A DNA stretch of 64,000 nucleotides from Octopus sinensis (taxonomy: Eukaryota). The position numbers and the translations under genes are program-made. The stretch covers positions 14,012,001-14,076,000 of the forward strand of contig NC_043007.1 in assembly GCF_006345805.1 (NCBI RefSeq), written 5' to 3'. Positions 35,160 through 51,560 of the stretch are shown in pieces (within the stretch, counting starts at the first letter, position 1; each line of letters opens with the position of its first letter). The notes beneath the pieces were generated by a model. The model was not told the origin of the DNA and made no database searches. It saw only the letters and a list, made by a program, of their open reading frames with translations.

Positions 35160-38000
<2,841 letters not shown>

Positions 38001-38089
38001 TGTAGAAGTCCCTACCCCTTCCGGAAACAGCTATTATAACTCTGATTAGAATCTTTTCTCCCTTCGACACATTGCTTCAGCTGTCATAA

Positions 38090-38330
38090 TTACATCATCA
38101 TTTTTACATCATCGACAACTTCATCTTCACATCATCTTCATCATCATCATCATCATCCTCATCATCATCATCATCATCATCATCATTAACTTGGTCGTCA
38201 TCATCATCATCATCATCATCATCATTAACTTGGTCGTCGTCATCATCATCATCATCATCATCATCATTAACTTGGTCGTCATCATCATCATTATCATCAT
38301 CATCGTTATCGTCATAACGGGTTTGCTTGC
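38090..38330. repeat. (CAT)n microsatellite with three interrupting ATTAACTTGGTCGTC units
   Basis: CATTAACTTGGTCGTC at about 38184, 38223 and 38265. Confidence 0.9.
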
Positions 38331-38662
38331 CTCTGTAGTGATGCTGTGGGTCAGGATGATATGGGTGTAAGAGTACATGCTGGTCTACAGCCCAACAGCA
38401 AAGTCAAGCAGACATTTTGCTGTTGTTGTTGTTGTTGTTCTTGTTACAATAGTTGCTGCTGTCAATACTGATGTTGATGCTGCTGCTGCTGCTGTCAACA
38501 GCAGCGGCCGCCGCAGCCGCAGCTGTCGTGGTGGTGGTGGTGGTGGTGGTGGTGGCGTTGGCGTGTCCTTTCACCAGACTTGGTCACATGACACAAGCCT
38601 AACACTAGACGTGACCTTCTGGCAATATCAACAGTCTGATCTTCCATCTCACCGACCACGCT

Positions 38663-38701
<39 letters not shown>

Positions 38702-39018
38702 CACACACACACGTACATATATACATAGAACCAGTTTTTGTTCATTCTCTTTATTTACATACTCTATCACCACTATTATCCCCCATCTCCCCCGCCATTA
38801 GAATAATTATTACCATCGCCTGTATCACCCCACCCCCATCACCAACAGCACCATCACCACCATCACCAACACCACCATTACCAACACCACCATCGTCTAT
38901 CACATTCCCTTGCATTCTCTATGTTAATCTAAATCATTATGTAAGCACGTGTATGCATGAATTGCCGCCCTAACTAAATAGGTAGAGAGATAGACAGACA
39001 GACAGATATATAGAGATG

Positions 39019-39074
<56 letters not shown>

Positions 39075-39181
39075 TAGATAGATAGATAGATAGATAGACA
39101 AAGAGAGAGAGAGAGACAAAGAGAGAGAGAAGATTAAATGCTTCACGTACGAAAATATTAACGCATTCATTTAAATCTCTC

Positions 39182-39225
<44 letters not shown>

Positions 39226-39226
39226 A

Positions 39227-39303
<77 letters not shown>

Positions 39304-39305
<2 letters not shown>

Positions 39306-39600
39306 TTCGTTTTTGGATTTGGTTTGCAAGCTTCTTCACGTGAGTTCCTGTGTTGAAGTATATTCTGTTGTGTCTGGGGAGAGTCTTTCTCTTTTAGTGC
39401 TTTACAATTTATCACACACGCCGGTTAGATTTCCACTCATTTACTTATTTATTTTTCTAAAGGTTTCGTTGCATCTTGCAAAGGTTACAAGACGCAACGA
39501 AGATTTTAATAAAAATAAATAAGTAAAATGATGGAAATTTTACCGGTGAGTGTGTTAATTATAAAGCACTAAAGAGCATGACTCTCCCTCGATACAACAG
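39304..39600. mobile_element. Fold-back element (22700 family), about 120-bp arms
   Basis: Centre CTTGCAAAGGTTACAAG at about 39475-39491; arms ATTCTGTTGTGTCTGGGGAGAGTC.. / ..GACTCTCCCTCGATACAACAG. Confidence 0.8.
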
Positions 39601-39734
39601 CGTGTATATATATATAATATATATATATATATATAGATATATATATATATAATATAATATATATATTACATATACATACATATATACTACATAACATATA
39701 TATATATATATATTATATATATTCATATATATAT

Positions 39735-39768
<34 letters not shown>

Positions 39769-39873
39769 CGCATACGGCCAACAATGATACAACGGTTTGC
39801 ACTCCTATTCTTCAAGACACCACTACAGATTGATGCAATAATTATATATACATAAGTGCAGGCATGGCTGTGT

Positions 39874-40557
39874 AGTAGTTTCCCAGATGCGAAATTATTT
39901 TTCCCACAAGAGTTCCGGACCCCAGTTATAAACTCATTTGCATACAGCCAATCAGAGCTCAGTTATCAAGCTTATTTTTGAGCGCATAACAAGCGATGGG
40001 CGATAAGATACGGTCACTTGGGTAAGGAATGACCATGCTTCTTTTCTCTTTTAAGAATGCATGTTGTTCTTGTTCTTGTTCCAACCATGGCTGCCTCTGC
40101 GTAGTTATTTGTGTTGCTGTTTACTTTGTAAAACAGTAAAGGGGAGAGGGTTGCTAGCACATCACGTCAACCCACATTTTCCCCATCCACATCTTTACCA
40201 TATGGGGCCCTAACAAAATCCGATAATAAGTATAGATGCAATTCTATCTAATTGTCTCCCTTTAAAATCAGGCATAACATCTGATCGGTTGATTTACAAC
40301 AGCGTTCTTCGTCTTGAATTTACTTGGTAGAGTGTGTTTTATCAAGAGATCATAAGAGATTGCTTGTTATTAACACATTTACAAATCTATGTTGGGCTTT
40401 GCGTCTAGGCATAATCTGAGAGCTGATCGGATCTGATCCTTGGTTTTCCGCATGGCTGCCTCCGCGTAGTTGTTTTTATGTACAAGGTCAAGCTGAGCTC
40501 TGATTGGCTCTATGCAAAAGAGTTCGGGAAAAAAATTTCGCGTTCCGGATACGAAAC
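39874..40557. mobile_element. Probable MITE with long imperfect TIRs containing octamer and CCAAT motifs
   Basis: AACTCATTTGCATACAGCCAATCAGAGCTCAG (39931-39962) inverted at 40493-40524; outer GCGAAATT..TTCCC / GGGAAAAAAATTTCGC. Confidence 0.6.
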
Positions 40558-40604
40558 GTCGTAACAAATAACAGTGCTTGCTATGATCTCTATAGAATAG
40601 ACTC

Positions 40605-41015
40605 TTTTGCTCTTTTACTTGTTTCACTCATTTGATTGTGGCCATACTGGAGCACCGCCTTTAGTCGGGCAAATCGACCCCAGGACTTATTCTTTGTAAG
40701 CCTAGTACTTATTCTATTGGTCTCTTTTGCCGAACCGCTAAGTTAAGGGGACATAAACACATCAGCATCGGTTGTCAAGCGATGTGGGGGAGGGGCACAA
40801 ACACAGACGCACAAACACGCACACACACATATATATAATATATAATATATACGACGGGCTTCTTTCAGTTTCCGTCTACCAAATCCACTCACAAGGCTTT
40901 GGTCGGCCCGAGCCTATAGTAGAAGACACTTGCCCAAGGTGCCACGCAGTGGAACTGAAACCGGAACCATGTGAAATGCAAGCAAGCTACTTACCACACG
41001 GCCACTCCTACGCCT
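40605..41015 (-). mobile_element. SINE family B
   Basis: Full-length reverse-complement copy. Confidence 0.9.
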
Positions 41016-41479
41016 ATCTGTCGAGATAATCTTAACAAAGTAATGTAAAAGCTCGCTTCTAACACAGTAGAACGTGCTATTGACTTATAAAAACATTTCA
41101 TATAGTTTCTAGTATATTATGGTTGCGCAACGAAATACCTCATACCTACAAGTCATTAATATATCACACAACCGTCCTGGCTATCAGATGTTGTGATACA
41201 CCGCTGGTTACAATGCGCTTCTTCAAATTGTTGTAGCTCTCGCTTGTTGCCAACCCGCTGGCTTGGCGCTAGGCGGGCCGGACAACGTTCCCCCATACAT
41301 ACATAGCGAGAAGTTGAGGTTATAAGAGATAGTGATGTCATCGAGACTCAAAGGTGTCAGGTAATGCTGAATAAGTGCTATAGACAGACTATAGTTAAGT
41401 TCCAGATTCGGTAATATTGCGAATAAAGGGTTCAACGTTGGTTCTATGTCAGCGTGTCTATATAAGAAGTTTTTACGTA

Positions 41480-41617
41480 ATAAGATGAAAAACCAAGGCT
41501 TTATAGATGTTAGAGCATTTATAGATAGATATCTATAAATGCTCTAATATCTATAGATTTATAGATATCTATCTATAAATGCTCTAATATCTATATAGCC
41601 TTGGTTTTTTATTCTTA
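41480..41617. repeat. Inverted repeat with internal partial duplication
   Basis: AAAAACCAAGGCT..TTAGAGCATTTATAGATAGATATCTATAAAT / ATTTATAGATATCTATCTATAAATGCTCTAA..AGCCTTGGTTTTT. Confidence 0.8.
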
Positions 41618-42042
41618 TATACATACATACATATGCACACACATATACATACATACATACAGACAGACACTTAAACAATACATACATGCACACATACATG
41701 CTTATACATAGACGTGACGTTTATAAATGACCAAATATGGCTTATCACATGATCAGTCGATGCCTGTTACCCGTTTCGGTAAAGAAAATCTATATCGTAA
41801 GCAAACTGGTTTGACGTTTGTAATATAACAAATATTTTACTCGCCCTAACCAATTCCACTCCTAAAGTGTGAAATACGAACAAATTATTTTAACTGTTTG
41901 TCTTGTGTTAAGTAAACGAAACACCTGCCAATTAAGAATGTCTGCACCTTGTGTAAGCAGACCAACCAAGCTTCATTAGCAAGCGCATCACTTTTATCTA
42001 GGTTTGCGTCATGTTTTTATACAGTATTAGGGGTCTTTTTGT

Positions 42043-42420
42043 TACTCTTTTACTTGTTTTACTTGTTTCAGTCATTTGGCAGCGGCCATGCTGGAGCACC
42101 GCCTTTAATCGAGCAAATCGACCACAGGACTTATTCTTTGTAAGCCTGATACTTATTCTATCAGTATCTTTTGCTGAAGCGCTAAGTTACGCTGGACATA
42201 GACAAACCAACATCGGTTGTCAAGCGATGTTGGGGGGGGGTCAAATACAGACACACAAACACATACACGCACATACATATATATACATATACACGACGGG
42301 GTTCTTTCAGTTTCCGTCTACTAAATCCACTCACAAGGCTTTGGTCGGCCGGAGGTTATAGTAGAAGACACTTGCCCGAGGTGCCATGTGGTTCGTAAGC
42401 AAGCTACTTACCACACAGCC
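42043..42420 (-). mobile_element. SINE family B (5' deletion)
   Basis: Reverse-complement tail, microsatellite and CORE region. Confidence 0.85.
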
Positions 42421-42943
42421 TTTTTTAAATCTTTTACTTATTTTAGTCGACTATGGTAATGCTGAAACACTGTCATGAAGGGCTCAGTGGAACAAATACC
42501 CCTCACACACACACACACACGCAGTACGCATACATTTTATTAATGTCTGCTACGTATTCTATCGGTCTGGTCACTATTGGCGACCCGTTACGGTACGGGG
42601 ACGTAAACAATGCAACACCGGTTGTTAAGCGGTAGGGGAAGAGACACAAACACACACACACAAATAAATACATACACACATACATATACATGCATACATG
42701 TGTGGGGGGGGGGGCGTATTTGAAAAAATGAGTAGAGATAACTTCTTGGTGGTGGGGGGATAATTTTTATTTTGATAATAATGTTTACAGTCAGTAAACA
42801 TTATTATTTAACTCTTTGTAAACATTTTTATTAAAATAAAAATTAAAATTAAAATTATCCCCCCACCCGCCACCAAAAAAGCCATCTCTACACATTTTTC
42901 CAAATATATAATACTGTACCGAGAACTTTCTTATTATTATTCT

Positions 42944-42993
<50 letters not shown>

Positions 42994-44043
42994 GATTAGA
43001 AACAGGTATTCTCTGTATAGAATACACTTCGTAATGCTCAAGAGACTTGAACTTGAGCAGGTAGAGGCATAAAAGTAAGGACAGGTAAGTTAGGCAAGTC
43101 GGTATACAAAAAATATTAAATACATTTAATAGAAAAGATGTACATATGTACACATATAAAAAGTCCGACTTACGCAGAATAGAAATGATATCAGGAATTA
43201 AGGGGGTTCAGTAGTAGTTTTAGGAGTTTAACAGCTGTTTCTGGGGGCGGTCCAAAGTAATGCTTGTAACTTAATTCCATCATTGGATACCACCAGCCTC
43301 CGTCTTCAGGGAAGAATTTTATATTAGAGATGTTTTGACAGAATGGAGAAAAGTTATCAAAATGATACAATGATCGAGTTTTTCGCACATTGCACTTACC
43401 AAATAAATGTGTGTTTGCGAAGGGTGTCTATGTAGAGAGAGCAGAATATCCAATTTCTAATCAAACTCTCTACTTCTGCATTCGACAAAATAGATTTTAA
43501 AGCTACAAATAGCGTCTCCTATGCTCTACGCTTCAGTGACATAATCTTAGTTGTTTATTATGTTTAACTGAAATATAAATAAACGACATGACATTATACG
43601 AAGTGCAAATTATTTAAAATGGCTTATAAATTGGTTATTGTCTGTGGACTTTGACTGAATGAAATCTAATAGCTAAAATAAGGAAGTTTTGTTCTTATTT
43701 ATAAGCATGTGTAGTATCCATGAGTGTATGTACGTGTGTGTATCTCTGTTCATGTGTCTATGTGTCAGTATGCGTGTTTATGTATATATGATTACACGTA
43801 AGTTTGTATACATCTATGTATATAAGTTTGTATACATCTATGGATATAAATAAATATATGTGTATTACAACATGTATGTACGTTTAACTATTTACTATAT
43901 ATGTTCACACGTTATACATGTATATTCATATATAGGCACATATACATAACATATATATAAGATATATATAATATATATATATATATATATTCGTACATAT
44001 ATATACTATATATATATATAGGAGCATATATATATATTGTGTG

Positions 44044-44075
<32 letters not shown>

Positions 44076-44090
44076 TGCCTAGTAGGTATA

Positions 44091-44144
<54 letters not shown>

Positions 44145-44424
44145 AATATATATGTATATATATAATTTTATGTATATATGAATGAATGTACATATGTACA
44201 CGAAATACCTAATCAACAATACAGCTTTATATTCGTTCTGTAGCTAACACAAATATTGAGCTGCTGAACTGTTTGCGTTGAAATACGCATAAAATATCTA
44301 TTAAAGGTTTTTCTGTGTTCAAAGGTTTTTCTATGTTCAAATATAAAACTACTTAAAATCAAGCAAAAGCAAGGCTTGTGTGTCAAAATATATACACTGA
44401 CACAAGATTATTTCTTACGACATA

Positions 44425-44856
44425 GAAAATTTCTACATACATGCATGCCTACATACAGGCATGCATACATACATACAAACAAACAAACATACATACATGC
44501 ATGCATACATACATACATACATACATACATACATACATACATACATACATGCATACATACATACATACATACATACATACATACATACAAACAAACATAC
44601 ATACATGCATGCATACATACATACATACATACATACATACATACATACATACATGCATACATACATACATACATACATACAACAACATACATACATGCAT
44701 GCATGCATACATACATATATACATACATACATACATACATACATACATACATACACACACATACATACATACATACATACATACATACATACATACACAC
44801 ATACATACATACATACATACATAAATGCATGCGTACATACATATATATGCATGCAT
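44425..44856. repeat. (TACA)n microsatellite
   Basis: Directly visible. Confidence 0.95.
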
Positions 44857-46989
44857 TTCTGCTACAGGAAATTAAGAAGACTGTGGCAGAAACATTTAGC
44901 AGTTGAACCCGGATCACTATATCCGTTGTAGGATATACAACTTGAGAATCACGATTAGCTAGAATATTTGCTACGTCTTAGAATGTTTGATCATTCATGA
45001 CTTCGAGTGGAACAGGATGTAACAAAATTTCATCTTTGACGCGCTTTTTCTTAGCCCAACCACCATTATATTTCAGTGCATTTTAGCCACCACCAACCGA
45101 CGGTGGACGACAGGAATAAAGAGACAGTAACAGAAGCATTGTCTGGGCAGAGCGCTGTGCCGACACAGAAACAATGAACGAATGGCGATAGCAACACACA
45201 ATGACCAGCTAACATTCTGACAACTATTACTATCATACCTAGTTCAAAAACAGTAAGCTTCGAATTATTTGTTGTTTTATGGTTTGTAGTAACGAAAACA
45301 TTTTTTATTTACGTTAAGAATAAATATCCTTTTATCAAAAGCCTCAAGCAGATTTCAGTGTTTTTTTTTTTATCGCAACAAGGCTATAGTTACACATCAA
45401 TGTGTTTCATTAAGTGTATAACTGATGGCACCCATTTTCTCTTAAGCTATGTTTAACCATTCCTTTGTTTCTGCTCTTCTGCTTGATGCGCTGGGAAATA
45501 TGCCAGATATATGAAATACCGATAACAATGGTTCAGGATAAACACAACTGGTTTGCTCCGATTGTAGCACTCCGTGCTGAGAGTGTGTACCGGTTTACTC
45601 CAATTCTGCCTCTTTTCTCGGCTAGCAGTAACTGGAGTGGGAAACCTGTCAGACGAGGTACGTTCTTCTCTGGTCCCAGTTCCATTTACACTTATTTGAA
45701 TCATTGTTTTGCATCATTTCATTAATCAGTTAGGTTTATGCGGGTTTTCCCTCACACGAGTATTCTTTTCATGACACCCTCACTAGGAGGGCTACCAACC
45801 AAGACTAAAGTCGCCCGAGTGTTATTGTTGGGGATGCCTCGGGTATTATTATTACCAAGATCACAAACGAGATTGAAAAGATAGGGGTAAATGTGAAGAT
45901 AGGGCATCTACAGAAAACAGTCTTATTTGGAAACGTATGGATTGTCTGAATGAAAAGCGTTCGGAGAGCTGTCACGTTTTTGCATTCTCAAGTCAAGTGA
46001 CTCTGTTAAACAACAACAACAAGACGACCACATAAGGCTGAAATTTCGTAGGGGCTATTCGATTACACCAATCCCAATGCTCAGTTGGTCCTTAATTTGT
46101 CGACCCCTAAAGGATTAAGGGCAAAGTCGACCTCGGCGGAATTTGAACTCAAAACTTAAAGCCGGAGGAAATATTGCTAAACTATACACTTGTATATTGA
46201 ATATTTTCAAAAACAACAGGCAAAAGAAAAAACAAATACCAAAACGCTACTCAAGGTAGAGTAGAAGCAACTTTTTAGTAAAACCCTGTGAAACGCAAAC
46301 ATCTGATAGATGAATTTGTAATGAGAAAAATAACCTTTAAGTTTCCAAATTCATAGGTACGCATATTAAATTTAATTTACTAGTTTAATCATAACGCTGT
46401 TTTTTATTTTTATTTTTCTCCCACATGGGAACATTCTAAATTTGAAAGCAGGTAACGTTTCACTTACTGGCAGGGACTTCCCCACCAACGCTGCAAAAGC
46501 CGTTTCGGGTGGACATACTGAAGCCCATCAATGTGATTGACTGGCTACTTTCACTTTCCTTTTCCTCATGTACATTTCCACTCGTGGTTCCACATGTTTT
46601 CTTCTTTTCCACATTTCCCCGGTATATATTTGCAACATTCTAACTGCAACCACCTACTGAGCATATTTTTCATGTTTTCACGCCCCATACCCAAGTGAAT
46701 TTCGTGCAAGGCGTTTCTATTTGCTTTTGCTGATGTTGTATTAGTTGTATTACAGCGTATGTGTACCGCTGCGTATACCTGTGTGCGTATGTGTGTACGT
46801 GTGTGTATGTGAGGGCGAGTATGTCTATATGCGTGTGTATATTATGTATGTGATCACAAGCATTACTAATTCCGCATATAAACGTTTCATATTGCCAGCA
46901 CTTAAGGAGGTTAGTGCGATCGCTTACAAGAGTTTTCATACGCATATTCACACACATGCATAGGTATCCATGAATACACACATATATAG

Positions 46990-47090
<101 letters not shown>

Positions 47091-47099
47091 CGGTAAAAT

Positions 47100-47500
47100 A
47101 ATCCTTTCTACTATAGGCACAAGACCTGAAATTTGGTGGGGAGACTAGTCGATTACATCGACCCCAGTGTTTCACTGGCACATATTTTACCGACCCCGAA
47201 AGGATAAAAAGCAAATTCGACGACGGTGGAATTTGAACTCAGAACGTAGCGGCAGACGAAATACCTATTTCTTTACTACTCACAAGGGGCTAAACATAGA
47301 GAGGACAAACAAGGACAGACAAACGGATTAAGTGGATTATATCGACCCCAGTGCGTAACTGGTACTTATTTAATCAACCCCTAAAGGATGAAAGGCAAAG
47401 TCGATCTCAGTGGAATTTGAACTCAGAACGTAGCGGCGGACGAAATACCTCTAAGTATTTCGCCCGGCGAGTTAATGATTCTGCCAGCTCGCCGCCATAA
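47100..47500 (-). mobile_element. SINE family A dimer
   Basis: Alternative tail at 47100, junction at about 47258, head to 47500. Confidence 0.88.
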
Positions 47501-47545
47501 ACACGGTAAAATAATCCCGTAATTCTGTAATTACATACATGAGAG

Positions 47546-47594
<49 letters not shown>

Positions 47595-47599
47595 TGATT

Positions 47600-47698
<99 letters not shown>

Positions 47699-47713
47699 GA
47701 CAGACAGACAGAC

Positions 47714-47764
<51 letters not shown>

Positions 47765-47811
47765 CATGTGTGAGAGAGAAGTAGAGAGCGAGAAAGTGCG
47801 CGTCTCATAAT

Positions 47812-47843
<32 letters not shown>

Positions 47844-48405
47844 ACTCATCCCTATGCACACATATATACTGAATATATCAGCGTATGTGTGTGAAAGAGC
47901 GTGTACGTTTATGTGTGCGCATAATTGAAAAGTAATCTTGCAGCTAGTTTAATATTTGTTGGGGAAAGAGAACTTATCTCCGGTCTTCGAGTTACCTGTA
48001 AGTCAGTCAGTGGTCTACTGTGCGATGGTAGAATTATTCTAAGAATGTTTCGTCTTGCCATCTTTTGTTTTATGTTTTATATATGTTTCTCTCTTGGATG
48101 CTAGCTGCTCCGTTGCCATAGTTACAGAAAAGCACCGACAAACATTCAGAATTGGGCTGTTTGTGCTGTTCGCTTACGTTGCTTCTATCGTTTGAAATAT
48201 TAGATAAAAAAAAAACGTGAGGGGAACACACTTCCCGCTTTCACTTCTAATTACGTGTCCTAGTGAGTGTGTGTGTGTGTGTGGTGTGGTGTGTGTGTGC
48301 GTGCGTGCACGTGCCACTTATATAAATATATATGGAGGAAGCGTAGTATATTTGTGTGTGTATGTTATATATGAGTATACATCATAGAGGTATATATATA
48401 TATAT

Positions 48406-48484
<79 letters not shown>

Positions 48485-48559
48485 GTGCCTTCTGTGTTTT
48501 CTGTTCGTCTGTGTATTTAGTATGTATTCGTATGTTTGATTTCTACACGAGTTTTTGCA

Positions 48560-48775
48560 GCGTCGTTAGAACACCGGGGTGAAATGCTTAGACGTATTTC
48601 GTCTGCTGTTACGTTCTGAGTTCAAACTCCGCCGAGATCGACTTTACCTTTTATCCTTACGGGGTCGATTAAATAAGTACCAGTTACTCACTGAGATCAA
48701 TGTAATCGACTTAATGCCTTAGTCTGTCCTTATTTGTACCCTCTATGTTTAGCACCCCTGTGGGCAATAAACCAT
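48560..48775 (+). mobile_element. SINE family A
   Basis: CGTTAGAACACCGGGGTGAAATGC..CTGAGTTCAAACTCCGCCGAG..GTGGGCAATAAA. Confidence 0.8.
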
Positions 48776-48898
48776 TATAAATATATATATAATATATACA
48801 CACACCACAAAAAGGTATGTCATATTTTCCGTTTGTTGCCTTTTATTTAATCCTGAAAATATTATTTATGTAACGCAAGCACTTATTCATTTTTAACT

Positions 48899-48969
<71 letters not shown>

Positions 48970-49079
48970 TACACACCACACACACACACACATAATATAT
49001 ATATATATATATAGAAGGCGGTGGGTCCAGCATGGCCGCAATCAAATGACTGAAACAAGTAAAAGAATAAAATATGAAA

Positions 49080-49113
<34 letters not shown>

Positions 49114-49189
49114 CACCACACCAACCAAGTACTCTCTTCCATGTATAAATATATAAATATAAACATATATAAGTATATGCTAGCAGATA

Positions 49190-49585
49190 TATTTATTTCT
49201 TTATTGCCCACAGGGGGCTAAACATAGAGGGGACAAACAAGGACAGACAAAAAGATTAAGTCGATTATTTCGACCCCAGTACATAACTGGTACTTATTTA
49301 ATCGACTCCGAAAGGATGAAAGGCAAAGTCGACCTCGGCGGAATTCGAACTCAGAACGTAACGGCAGACGAAATACCTGTATCTTTACTACCCACAAGGG
49401 GCTAAACATAGAGGGGACAAACAAGGACAGACAAACGGATTAAGTCGATTATATCGACCCCAGTGCGTAACTGGTACTTAATTTATCGACCCCAAAAGGA
49501 CGAAATGAATGTCGACCTCAGCGGCAGACGAAATAACGCTAAACATTTGGCCCGGCGTACTAACGATTCTGCCAGCTCGCCCTCC
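49190..49585 (-). mobile_element. SINE family A dimer
   Basis: Two body units, junction at about 49371. Confidence 0.88.
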
Positions 49586-49874
49586 TTTATATAAGCTTAT
49601 ATATTAGCATATACATATGTTTGTGTATGCATTTATGCATGTATATATATATGTATGTATGTGTGTGTATGTATGTATGTATGTATGTATGTATGTATGT
49701 ATGTATCTATGTAAGTATGTATGTTGTATGTATATATGTATGATAAAGTGTGTTTTACCTGTTGCCAGGTCACCTCCGTTGTTGCGCAAATAGCTAAACT
49801 GTTCTTCATCTGATTGATATCGCAGTCTGTATTGTATGTAATATATATATATATATAATATCGTATATATATAT

Positions 49875-50187
49875 GAGGGCGCGTGGCTTAGGTGGTTAGG
49901 GCATTCGGCTCATGATCGTAAGTTGTGAGTTCGATTCCGGCGACGCGTTGTGTCCTTGAGCAAGACACTTTATTTCCTTGCTCCAGTCCACTCAGTGGCA
50001 AAAATGAGTTGTACTTGTATTTCAAGGGTCGCCTTGTCACTCTCTGTGTCACGCTGATTATCCCGAGAACTACGTTAAGGGTACACGTGTCTGTGGGAAT
50101 GCTCAGCCATTTGCACGTTAATTTCACGAGCAAGCTGTTCCGTTGATCGTAATCAGCTGGGACCCTCGTCGTCGTAACCGGCGGAGT

Positions 50188-50188
<1 letters not shown>
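49875..50188 (+). mobile_element. tRNA-derived SINE, family C (full length)
   Basis: GGCGCGTGGCTTAGGTGGTTAGG head, GAGTTCGATTCC B-box, central TTGAGCAAGACACTTTATTTC, tail CCCTCGTCGTCGTAACCGGCGGAG. Confidence 0.88.
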
Positions 50189-50238
<50 letters not shown>

Positions 50239-51194
50239 GCCTATTTCTAGATTACCCAGTTCCTGCATTACACAGAGATAACAGCCTGGATTTGGACCAG
50301 GCAATAGATTAGCTTCATACTTCATCTCCCTTGATTCCAATCACAGTGTCCTGTTCTGATGTTTTCTCTCTCAGGATTCTATTAAATAAAAACCCATAAA
50401 GCATACACACACATAAACAAATACACACGTACGCACACTCACACACATACACATACACACACACACACACATGCGTTGTTTTATGGAAAATAACTTTGCC
50501 ACACTTATTCTAATTTAACTGGTTTGGTGCCTAAATGAGAAGACCATAGAATACACAGAGGTATCTAAAACCTTTCAACTTAGCATATTTATATGCATGG
50601 TATGTATATTCCTCAGTCAATCCTTTTCGATAATATACACCTTTGCTGAAGCCTCCAAATTATATCCATCATAAACTTTAAATCGTTGCTATATATTATA
50701 CATAAACCATCCTGGTATTTCTACCTTAGTTATTGATTACATTATATACACCAATAGGCATATGTTTCAGCACTTAAATGCTCTTCATACAAGAATTCCT
50801 CTTATTTAAATATTAAATCAATGTCCATTTAGTGCGCGTTTCGTCACAAAGATTGTTTTTTTTTTTGTTTTTGTTTGTTTTTTTGGTTTTGGGGTTTTTT
50901 TGTGGGGGTAGTTATACACTAATTTCCACGTCTATACGTGTATCTAATTCTGCATCTACTTAATTCTCAGTTGATTCCCTCATCTTTATAAGATACTTTG
51001 AAGTATTTACTTCGCTGACGAGGATTAATGAGAGCGAAATAGACCCCTAAAGAGTGAAAGGCAAGGTCAACCTCGGCTGAATTTGAATTCAAGACGGAAG
51101 AAATTACCGCTAAGCATTTTGTCTGGGGCATTATTTTGCGCCTTAATTACTGTCTGCACTCATGCAAGCACTCGAAAAGTGAGACCTTATCATA

Positions 51195-51560
51195 TACTTG
51201 ATTCAGTCATTGGATTATGGCCATGCTGGGCTCCGCTTTGAAAGACTTTAGTCGAACAAACCTGCTCCCGTACTCATTTTTAAATCTGGTGCTTGTTCTA
51301 TCGATTTCTTTGGCCGAAACGTTAAGTTATGGGGACGTAAAGAAACTAACATCGGTTGTCATGCAGTGAGGGAGAGCGAGGGACAAACAAAAAAAAAGCA
51401 TACAAACACATGAAAATGGCTTCCACACAGTTTCCCTCACAAAGCATTGGTCGACTTGTGGGATCTATAGTAAAAAGACTCTTAGCAAAGCTTCCCTGCA
51501 GTGGGAGTGAACCCGAAACTACGTGGTTACAAAGTGGGCTTTTTAACCACAGAACCATCT
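51195..51560 (-). mobile_element. Old SINE family B
   Basis: Degenerate TCAGTCATTGGATTATGGCCATGCTGG...GAACCCGAAACTACGTGG. Confidence 0.65.

Noticed and set aside
38127-38973. Poly-Met, poly-His and proline-rich ORFs
   Set aside because: Derived from (CAT)n, (GGT)n, (CA)n and (CAC)n tracts
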